Assembly (NCBI GenBank): GCA_963651655.1
Contig: CAVJRB010000229.1
Coordinates: 5,007-41,382 of the forward strand
DNA length: 36,376 nt
From: a bacterium
Lineage (GTDB): Bacteria; Bacillota; Clostridia; Lachnospirales; Lachnospiraceae
Reading direction: 5' to 3'
Shown: positions 29,540-36,376 of the stretch, in pieces
Layout of the letters: every line of letters starts with the position of its first letter
How positions within the stretch are numbered: the stretch's first letter is position 1
Made by a program: the position numbers and the translations under genes
Notes under the pieces: generated by a model
What the model saw: only the letters and a program-made list of their open reading frames with translations
Told to the model about the DNA's origin: nothing
The model's database searches: none

Positions 29540-30616
29540 ATGAAATTATTCAAAAAGAATCTGATTGATGAAAAACATAAGAAAATGATTTTTTGTACCC
29601 TGGGAGCAGTTTTGCTGGCAGGCCTTGTTTTTTTCTTTTCTTATTTTCATGTAAGCGAAGTGGAAGTAATGGGGACTACCCGTTATTCCGATGAGGAAGT
29701 GAAAAGCATGGCCTTGCAGGGGGCATTTACAGATAATTCTGTTCTTGCTGTGCTGCTCCATTCCAGGGTGGATGTGGAGGATGTGCCGTTTGTGGAGGGC
29801 TTTAACATTACTCGCCTTTCTCATAACAGCATCTGCATCAGTGTCCGGGAGAAGAAGGCAGTGGGATGCATTCCCTATCTGGACAGCTACGTGTATTTTG
29901 ACCGCAATGGTATTTTTATTGAGAGTTCCCACACGCGGGACGAGCTGGTTCCTTTTTTTGACGGAATCCAGGTAAGCCATGTGATCCAGGGGGAGAAGCT
30001 TCCAATCAAGGGAAGTTCGGTTCTGACTACTGCAGTGGCGCTTTCCACCATTTTCCAGAAAAATGACGTGATCCCGGATCACATAGAGTTTGACAGCAGC
30101 TATCAGATCACCCTGACCTACGGCGATGTGCAGGTTATGTTGGGAAAGGACGAGTACCTGGAGGACAAGATGATCCGGGTAAGCGCGATCCTGCCAAAGC
30201 TTTCCGGGGAAAAAGGAATCCTTCACCTGGAGAATGTAACGGATTCTTCCAAGCTCATTACCTTTGAGCGGGAGGTGGACGAGGAAGATACTACGACGGG
30301 TACGGACACCACAAGTGCCTATGAGAATGCGATTGCAAACTGGCACGGCGGCTATGACGAAGAAGGGGACTATACCGGCGAGGGCGAGTATGATGCCAAT
30401 ATGAATTACGTAGGTCCAAAGCCTACCGAGGAGAGCATTGCGGCAAACGGTGACTGGCTGGGCGGCTATATGGAGGATGGCAGCTACACCGGATACGGAC
30501 AGCTGGACAAGGATGGAAATTACGTAGGTCCTAATCCAAATGACACCAGCGACGAGGAAGATTATACGGAAGAATCCAGCTGGGATGACCAGGAAGAGGA
30601 CGATTATGAAGAGTAA
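29540..30616 (+). CDS. divIB: Cell division protein FtsQ/DivIB with acidic repeat tail
   Basis: One N-terminal TM, POTRA-like start (FHVSEVEVMGT), ISVRE motif, directly upstream of ftsZ. Confidence 0.8.
   Translation: MKLFKKNLIDEKHKKMIFCTLGAVLLAGLVFFFSYFHVSEVEVMGTTRYSDEEVKSMALQGAFTDNSVLAVLLHSRVDVEDVPFVEGFNITRLSHNSICISVREKKAVGCIPYLDSYVYFDRNGIFIESSHTRDELVPFFDGIQVSHVIQGEKLPIKGSSVLTTAVALSTIFQKNDVIPDHIEFDSSYQITLTYGDVQVMLGKDEYLEDKMIRVSAILPKLSGEKGILHLENVTDSSKLITFEREVDEEDTTTGTDTTSAYENAIANWHGGYDEEGDYTGEGEYDANMNYVGPKPTEESIAANGDWLGGYMEDGSYTGYGQLDKDGNYVGPNPNDTSDEEDYTEESSWDDQEEDDYEE
30341..30538 (+). repeat. Tandem 114-nt (38-aa) duplication in the FtsQ C-terminal tail
   Basis: WHGGYDEEGDYTGEGEYDANMNYVGPKP vs WLGGYMEDGSYTGYGQLDKDGNYVGPNP; identical AATTACGTAGGTCC at 30404 and 30518. 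Confidence 0.85.
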
Positions 30617-30661
30617 TCTTTCAATTTTCGAGAAAAAAGTGTAAAAAAACAAAATTAGTGG

Positions 30662-30690
30662 TTGATAAATTCCTAAAAAAAATATATGAT
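30662..30690 (+). promoter_or_regulatory. sigmaA promoter of ftsZ
   Basis: TTGATA (30662-30667), 17 bp, TATGAT (30685-30690); A-rich upstream region. Confidence 0.8.
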
Positions 30691-30770
30691 ATAGCTATAT
30701 GCAGCTTGGTATGTATATTAACTGAGATTAGAGATAAAGGATATAAGGTAGAAATAAAGGAGGAAGTACA

Positions 30771-31931
30771 TTGTTAGAGATAATGTCAAATGAGGCGGAA
30801 TCCTCTGCAAAGATTATTGTAATCGGAGTAGGCGGCGCCGGAAATAACGCAGTCAACAGAATGGTTGAGGAAGCCATCGGCGGGGTAGAGTTTGTAGGAG
30901 TTAATACAGATAAGCAGGCTCTGACTCTGTGCAAAGCTCCAACTGTACTTCAGATCGGTGAGAAGATTACCAAAGGTCTTGGTGCAGGAGCACAGCCTGA
31001 GGTTGGACAGAAAGCAGCAGAAGAAAGCATTGAGGAAGTAAAGCAGATCATCGAAGGTGCTGACATGGTATTCGTTACCTGCGGTATGGGCGGTGGAACC
31101 GGTACAGGTGCTGCGCCGGTTATCGCAGCAGCAGCGAAGGAAATGGGTATCCTCACTGTAGGTGTTGTGACCAAGCCTTTCCGTTTTGAAGCGAAGACAC
31201 GTATGAACAATGCCCTTGCAGGTATCGAGAACCTGAAGAAAGCAGTTGATACACTGATCGTGATCCCGAATGATAAATTACTGGAGATCGTAGACCGCCG
31301 TACTACTATGCCGGAAGCCCTGAGAAAGGCAGACGAGGTTCTGCAGCAGGCCGTTCAGGGCATCACAGACCTGATCAATCTGCCGGCTCTTATCAACCTT
31401 GACTTTGCTGATGTACAGACTGTTATGACAGATAAGGGAATCGCTCACATCGGTATCGGTGAGGCAAGAGGCGATGACAAGGCTATGGAGGCTGTTCAGC
31501 AGGCAGTTTCTTCTCCGTTGCTTGAGACTACCATCAAGGGTGCTACACATGTTATCATCAATATTTCCGGTGATATCTCCCTTATGGATGCAAACGATGC
31601 AGCAAGCTATGTACAGGAGCTTACTGGCGAGGATGCAAACATCATCTTCGGTGCTATGTATGATGACTCTGTTGCTGATTATGCAAGAATCACAGTTATC
31701 GCTACAGGTCTTACAGACAATGCACAGGCCAACAACCCATTTGGAAGCAAGGCAAGCAATTCCGTATTTGCCAACAAGAGACCGGCTTCCACAGCATCTG
31801 CCGGCGTGAACCTGAACATGCCTAGCTTCAGCATGCCTACTATGAATGCGACACCATTCACAGCGAAGACACCATCCAGCACTGTTCAGAAGAAAGACAT
31901 CCAGATTCCGGATTTCTTAAGAAACAGATAA
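30771..31931 (+). CDS. ftsZ: Cell division protein FtsZ
   Basis: TTG start after [37 protein letters not shown]-terminal IQIPDFLR. Confidence 0.98.
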   Translation: MLEIMSNEAESSAKIIVIGVGGAGNNAVNRMVEEAIGGVEFVGVNTDKQALTLCKAPTVLQIGEKITKGLGAGAQPEVGQKAAEESIEEVKQIIEGADMVFVTCGMGGGTGTGAAPVIAAAAKEMGILTVGVVTKPFRFEAKTRMNNALAGIENLKKAVDTLIVIPNDKLLEIVDRRTTMPEALRKADEVLQQAVQGITDLINLPALINLDFADVQTVMTDKGIAHIGIGEARGDDKAMEAVQQAVSSPLLETTIKGATHVIINISGDISLMDANDAASYVQELTGEDANIIFGAMYDDSVADYARITVIATGLTDNAQANNPFGSKASNSVFANKRPASTASAGVNLNMPSFSMPTMNATPFTAKTPSSTVQKKDIQIPDFLRNR

Positions 31932-31943
31932 ATAATCACAAAT

Positions 31944-31978
31944 AAAAGACCTCCGCATGTATGTGCGGAGGCTTTTTT
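31944..31978. terminator. Bidirectional intrinsic terminator between ftsZ and the convergent DUF1540-like gene
   Basis: AAAAG(A)CCTCCGCAT-GT-ATGTGCGGAGGC-T6, with an A-tract on the 5' side. Confidence 0.85.
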
Positions 31979-32045
31979 GTGATGAGGGCTTACCTGCAGT
32001 CACAGTTTGCGGTTGTAGGAGCCATTGCGTTTTCAGATGCTGTGC

Positions 32046-32366
32046 TTAGCATTCACACTGGAAGGTGCCGCATTTGGTTTCGCAGCACTCTTTGGCGCCG
32101 CTGCCGTCTACATCAATGGAGGCGGCGGTACATTTACACTGGTCGTTGTAGGTACAGTTGTGGGCTTTGCAGTCAATCTGGATGGTTTCGCAGCCGCAGC
32201 CGTTTTTGGCGCTGTTCATGGCACCCTGGCTTCTTTCCCGGAAGCTGCCGCAGGATGTCTCCTCTGCATTCTTTGCACTTTCACCTATCACATCAATTTC
32301 CCCTCTGGAACAGAGCATGTCCTCATTGTAGGCACAGGTAGTTGCAGAACATTTTAAAATAGTCAT
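32046..32366 (-). CDS. Small Cys-rich protein with two DUF1540-like repeats
   Basis: ATG 32366 after SD AGGAGG; two repeats C-x-A-x-x-C-x-Y-N...C...I-D-V-x-G...T-x-C-G-[ST]-F; 106 aa. Confidence 0.85.
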   Translation of the reverse strand: MTILKCSATTCAYNEDMLCSRGEIDVIGESAKNAEETSCGSFRERSQGAMNSAKNGCGCETIQIDCKAHNCTYNDQCKCTAASIDVDGSGAKECCETKCGTFQCEC

Positions 32367-32508
32367 ATTTTTTGCCTCCTGATCATTATTTTTTGTGTTA
32401 TGAAACACTTCTAGTTTCTCCGAAATTATCAGGATTATTCGCTTTTTTATTTAATTTTTTTATAGCTTAAAATGTCAAAAAAAGGCTATAAAGAGGTCAA
32501 AAAAGAAC

Positions 32509-32537
32509 TTGCGGCATTTGGCATATCAGTTTACAAT
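32509..32537 (+). promoter_or_regulatory. sigmaA promoter of the phosphoketolase gene
   Basis: TTGCGG (32509-32514), 17 bp, TACAAT (32532-32537). Confidence 0.6.
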
Positions 32538-32586
32538 ACGCTTGACAAAAAAAAGACAATCTTGTTTACAAGGAAAGGAGCAAAAT

Positions 32587-34959
32587 ATGTCTGAAAACAC
32601 CACATGTCTGGAAAAGCAGCCGTTATCAGAAGAGCTTCTGAAAAAAATGGATGCGTACTGGAGAGCAGACAACTATCTCTCCGCAGGTCAGCTTTATCTG
32701 CTGGATAACCCGCTTCTTCGCAAGCCGCTGACCATGGATCAGGTTAAAAAGAAAATCGTTGGTCACTGGGGAACTGTACCGGGACAGAACTTTGTATACG
32801 TTCACTGCAACCGTGTGATCAAACGCTATGACCTGGATATGATTTATATTTCCGGACCGGGACACGGCGGAAACTTCCTGATCGCAAACACTTATCTGGA
32901 GGGTACATACAGCGAAATATATCCGAATATCAGCCAGGACGAAGAGGGCATGAAGAAAATGTTCAAGCAGTTCTCATTCCCATGCGGCGTTCCAAGCCAT
33001 TGCGCTCCTGAGACACCAGGCTCTATCAATGAGGGCGGTGAGCTGGGATATTCCATCGCACATGCTTTTGGTGCTGTATTTGATAACCCGGATCTGATCG
33101 CAACTACAGTTGTTGGCGACGGTGAGGCTGAGACAGGACCTCTTGCTACCTCCTGGCAGTCCAACAAATTCCTGAACCCGATCACAGACGGTGCCGTTCT
33201 TCCAATCCTTCATCTGAACGGATACAAGATCAGCAACCCGACTATTTTCTCCCGTATTTCCCATGAGGAGATCGAGAACTTCTTCAAGGGCTGCGGCTGG
33301 AAACCTTATTTTGTTGAGGGTGACGATCCAATGGAAATGCATCGCAAGATGGCAGAGACTATGGATACTGTGATCGAGGAAATCAAGGCAATCCAGAAAC
33401 ATGCCCGTGAGAACAACGATCCTACCAGACCAATGTGGCCTATGATCGTTCTTCGTACTCCAAAGGGATGGACAGGCCCGAAGGTTGTAGACGGACAGCA
33501 GATCGAGGGTACCTTCCGTGCACATCAGGTTCCTATGTCCATGGAAAAGCCGGAGCATCTTCAGCAGTTAAAGGACTGGCTTATGAGCTATCATCCGGAA
33601 GAACTGTTCGATGAGAACGGACGCCTGATTCCGGAGCTTGCAGAGCTGGCTCCTAAGGGAAATGCACGTATGGGCGCCAACCCTCATGCAAACGGCGGAC
33701 TTCTTCTGAAGGATCTTCGTCTCCCGGATTTCCGTGATTATGGAATTGACGTAATCCCTGGAAAAACAAAGGCTCAGGATATGATCGAGCTTGGCGGATA
33801 TATCCGTGATATTTTCAAATTAAATGAAGAGAATAAAAACTTCCGTATCTTTGGACCGGATGAGTCCATGTCAAACCGTCTGTACCGTGTATTTGAGGCA
33901 CAGAACCGTGACTGGAACGCCGAAATGATCGAAAATGATGATTGTCTTGCAAGAGACGGACGTATTATGGACAGTATGCTTAGTGAGCATATGTGCGAGG
34001 GATGGTTAGAAGGCTATCTGCTGACAGGACGTCATGGCTTCTTTGCAAGCTATGAGGCATTTATCCGTATTGTGGATTCCATGGCAGCTCAGCATGCAAA
34101 ATGGCTGAAGGTTACCAACCAGCTTTCCTGGAGACAGCCGATCGCATCTCTTAACTTTATCCTGACTTCCAATGTATGGCAGCAGGACCACAACGGATTT
34201 ACACATCAGGATCCGGGATTTTTGGATCACATTGCCAATAAGAAGGCAGACGTTGTACGTATGTATCTCCCACCGGATACCAACTGTCTGTTATCCTGCT
34301 TTGATCACTGTATCAAGAGCAAGAATTATGTAAATGCTATTGTTGCTTCCAAGCATCCTAGCTGCCAGTGGCTGACTATGGAGCAGGCTGTGAAGCATTG
34401 TACCCAGGGTATCGGTATCTGGGAGTGGGCAAGCAATGATGCTGGCGAGGAGCCGGATGTTGTAATGGCTTGCTGCGGTGATACTCCTACACTGGAGACT
34501 CTTGCAGCTGTTACTATCCTTCGTGAGGAAATGCCGCAGCTGAAGATCCGTGTGATCAATGTGGTTGACCTGTTTAAGCTGGAGTCTGATTCCAAGCATC
34601 CACATGGATTAAGCGACAGAGAGTATGATGCTCTGTTTACAAAGGATAAACCGATTATCTTTGCATTCCATGGTTATCCGACACTGATTCATGAGCTTAC
34701 TTATGAGAGACATAACCGCAACCTTTCTGTTCATGGATATCAGGAGGAGGGTACCATTACCACTCCGTTTGATATGAGAGTTCAGAATGAGATTGACAGA
34801 TTTAACCTTGTGAAGGATGTGATCATGCATCTGCCGCAGCTGGGTAATAAGGGTGCGCATCTGATTCAGAAGATGAATGATAAGCTGATTGCGCATAAGC
34901 AGTATATTGCGGAGTATGGACAGGACCTGGAGGAGATCAGGGACTGGGAGTGGAAATAA
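32587..34959 (+). CDS. xfp: Phosphoketolase (XFP/XPK family, TPP-dependent)
   Basis: [33 protein letters not shown] motif, [19 protein letters not shown]. Start ATG 32587 after AAAGGAG. Confidence 0.95.
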   Translation: MSENTTCLEKQPLSEELLKKMDAYWRADNYLSAGQLYLLDNPLLRKPLTMDQVKKKIVGHWGTVPGQNFVYVHCNRVIKRYDLDMIYISGPGHGGNFLIANTYLEGTYSEIYPNISQDEEGMKKMFKQFSFPCGVPSHCAPETPGSINEGGELGYSIAHAFGAVFDNPDLIATTVVGDGEAETGPLATSWQSNKFLNPITDGAVLPILHLNGYKISNPTIFSRISHEEIENFFKGCGWKPYFVEGDDPMEMHRKMAETMDTVIEEIKAIQKHARENNDPTRPMWPMIVLRTPKGWTGPKVVDGQQIEGTFRAHQVPMSMEKPEHLQQLKDWLMSYHPEELFDENGRLIPELAELAPKGNARMGANPHANGGLLLKDLRLPDFRDYGIDVIPGKTKAQDMIELGGYIRDIFKLNEENKNFRIFGPDESMSNRLYRVFEAQNRDWNAEMIENDDCLARDGRIMDSMLSEHMCEGWLEGYLLTGRHGFFASYEAFIRIVDSMAAQHAKWLKVTNQLSWRQPIASLNFILTSNVWQQDHNGFTHQDPGFLDHIANKKADVVRMYLPPDTNCLLSCFDHCIKSKNYVNAIVASKHPSCQWLTMEQAVKHCTQGIGIWEWASNDAGEEPDVVMACCGDTPTLETLAAVTILREEMPQLKIRVINVVDLFKLESDSKHPHGLSDREYDALFTKDKPIIFAFHGYPTLIHELTYERHNRNLSVHGYQEEGTITTPFDMRVQNEIDRFNLVKDVIMHLPQLGNKGAHLIQKMNDKLIAHKQYIAEYGQDLEEIRDWEWK

Positions 34960-34995
34960 AATAAGATGAGGCGGGGCGCAGCGGAAGAGGCGGAC

Positions 34996-35184
34996 GCCGG
35001 GAAGTGTGTGGGGTTCCACTGCAGACCGGCGATTTTCCCAGGTTTTGCTGCGCCGCCTATTGACAGCCTTGGGAACAAACTCACCCCTTCGGGGTTCAGA
35101 CAGTGTTCACAAGCCTGTCGCTATGCTCGCAAAACCTGGGAAAATCACCTACGTCTGCCGCGGAATCCCCACACACTTCCCGGC
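34996..35184. repeat. Long rod-like palindromic element (REP/MITE-like)
   Basis: Perfect 18-bp stems 34996-35013/35167-35184 and 35031-35048/35129-35146; GCAGAC/GTCTGC; 14/16-bp stem 35062-35077/35104-35119; apical ACCCC-TTC-GGGGT. Confidence 0.8.
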
Positions 35185-35441
35185 TGTGTACTGGCTTGCG
35201 GAGGGACGAAAGGCGCTGCGCTGTTTCTGAGTGTGGTTGGGAGGGGAGGTATTTTATTTCGGAAGGGGAATAAACGGAGTTGGCTATGCGAAAGGCTGAT
35301 TAGGAGGGAAACTTTGAGAGAGTGTGAATAGTAGGGGAAGTGCTTTAGGCTGGATTTTTATCGGGGTGAAGGGTCACGAACCGCATCCTCCCCTCCGCTC
35401 CCCGTACGGGTAACAAAAAATAAAAAATTAAGAAAAAGTTA

Positions 35442-35470
35442 TTGACTTTGTGCGAAAGGCGTGGTATCAT
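35442..35470 (+). promoter_or_regulatory. Strong sigmaA promoter of infC-rpmI(-rplT)
   Basis: TTGACT (35442-35447), 17 bp, TATCAT (35465-35470) with extended TG; A-tract UP element at ~35411-35440. Confidence 0.85.
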
Positions 35471-35490
35471 TCAACAGTACATGATGAAAA

Positions 35491-35615
35491 GAAAGCAGAG
35501 TTCACTCTCACCTCAGCGCACATTTAGATGCGGCTCGGGTTCATATTGCACAGCAGCGCGTGACTTAGTTCGCGGGTGTAATAGGAGAAGTGTGGATTCT
35601 GTCCGCACTTTTTTT
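35491..35615 (+). ncRNA. Ribosomal protein L20 leader (autogenous attenuator)
   Basis: Lies between promoter and infC; AAGCAGAG..CTCTCACCT..GGGTT..GAGAAGTG pattern resembles Firmicute L20 leaders; ends in a terminator. Confidence 0.8.
35588..35615 (+). terminator. Attenuator terminator of the L20 leader
   Basis: AAGTGTGGA-TTCTG-TCCGCACTT followed by T5. Confidence 0.8.
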
Positions 35616-35743
35616 ATGTTTGAGGAAGCATAAGAACAGGAAGTCATGTATGAGGCAGGAATTTCCTGCGAAGGGGAATGAGAGTCCAGGGGTTAGAGAC
35701 TGGAACAGAACAGATCATCTATCAGGTATGGAGGTGCACAACA

Positions 35744-36250
35744 ATTAGCAATTTAATGATCAACGAACAAATCAGAGACAAAGAGGTACGCTTAATTGGT
35801 CCGGACGGAGAACAGCTTGGAATCATGTCCGCAAGAGAAGCTATGGCCAAGGCTCAGGAGGCAGAGCTTGATTTAGTAAAGATTGCCCCACAGGCAAAGC
35901 CGCCGGTATGCAAAATCATTGACTATGGTAAATATCGCTACGAACTTGCCAGAAAAGAAAAAGAAGCCAAGAAGAAGCAGAAGACCATCGATGTCAAAGA
36001 AGTGCGTCTTTCACCAAATATTGATACCAATGACCTGAACACAAAGGCTGGGGCGGCACGCAAATTCCTTACCAAGGGCGACAGGGTTAAAGTAACACTT
36101 CGCTTCCGCGGAAGAGAGATGGCACACATGTCAAGCAGCAAGCATGTTCTGGATGATTTTGCCGAGATGCTGAAGGACGTTGCCGTAGTCGAGAAGGCAG
36201 CTAAGGTAGAAGGCAGAAGCATGACAATGTTTTTAGCACAGAAACACTAG
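35744..36250 (+). CDS. infC: Translation initiation factor IF-3 (ATT start codon)
   Basis: INEQIRDKEVRLI, DYGKYRYE, KEVRLSPNID, FRGRE; SD GGAGGTG (35730-35736) lies 7 nt before in-frame ATT 35744. Confidence 0.95.
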   Translation: MSNLMINEQIRDKEVRLIGPDGEQLGIMSAREAMAKAQEAELDLVKIAPQAKPPVCKIIDYGKYRYELARKEKEAKKKQKTIDVKEVRLSPNIDTNDLNTKAGAARKFLTKGDRVKVTLRFRGREMAHMSSSKHVLDDFAEMLKDVAVVEKAAKVEGRSMTMFLAQKH

Positions 36251-36339
36251 GATGTTGCATTCATTTGGAGAGACCGGAAGGGTTCGGTCAGGCTGGATGA
36301 GGGACATTAAATAGATACGATATTAAGGAGGAAATTACA

Positions 36340-36376
36340 ATGCCAAAAATTAAAACTTGTAGAGCAGCAGCAAAGC
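36340..36376 (+). CDS. rpmI: 50S ribosomal protein L35 (5' end, truncated by window)
   Basis: SD AAGGAGG then MPKIKTCRAAAK; follows infC. Confidence 0.92.
   Translation, partial: MPKIKTCRAAAK

Noticed and set aside
29546..30652. 368-aa minus-strand ORF opposite ftsQ
   Set aside because: Antisense shadow of a real gene; no recognisable motif or RBS; composition explained by sense-strand codon bias.
31990..32025. Tiny minus-strand ORF MAPTTANCDCR downstream of the DUF1540-like gene
   Set aside because: 11 codons and no SD; not supportable.
31961..32357. Plus-strand ORFs (126 aa, 110 aa) after ftsZ
   Set aside because: They begin in or after the terminator and are antisense to the better-supported DUF1540-like gene, which has an SD and an internal repeat.
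32542..32559. TTGACAAAAAAAAGACAA as a Rex box or -35 upstream of xfp
   Set aside because: Five mismatches to TTGTTAANNNNTTAACAA, and no good -10 at 17 bp from this TTGACA.
34966..35331. ORFs across the palindromic element (also 35006-35230 and 34866-35084)
   Set aside because: No RBS or protein motifs; by-products of a GC-rich inverted repeat.
35207..35460. CGAAAGGC occurring three times (35207, 35289, 35453)
   Set aside because: Short, irregularly spaced and in purine-rich sequence; cannot be distinguished from chance.

Overview
This window is core-genome DNA from a low-GC Gram-positive spore former. Gene order, promoter and RBS style suggest Clostridia, probably Lachnospiraceae (inference). 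It opens with a sortase-anchored DUF11-type surface protein and a long murE-priA-def-fmt-yugP-rsmB-rlmN-prpC-prkC-rsgA-rpe-thiN operon. ychF and a divergent lgt follow, then the dcw cluster (mraZ, rsmH, ftsL, ftsI-like bPBP, spoVD, mraY, murD, spoVE, murA, divIB/ftsQ, ftsZ). The window ends with a Cys-rich DUF1540-like gene on the minus strand, a phosphoketolase, and the L20-leader-controlled infC (ATT start) and rpmI. I found no phage, CRISPR, defence system or transposase. The unexplained structure lies in intergenic DNA and protein tails: (1) a 144-bp MITE with 13-bp TIRs and a perfect 8-bp target duplication inside the dcw cluster; (2) a ~190-nt rod-like palindrome after the phosphoketolase, in a zone of extreme G/T skew that reaches into the gene's synonymous codons; (3) one hairpin that appears to be a terminator, an RBS sequester and a sigmaE promoter for spoVD at once; (4) an Lgt with substitutions at two residues essential in E. 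coli and a ~190-aa acidic tail; (5) related DxxG-type repeats on the C-termini of the FtsI-like PBP and FtsQ. All calls come from reading the sequence; no database searches were run.
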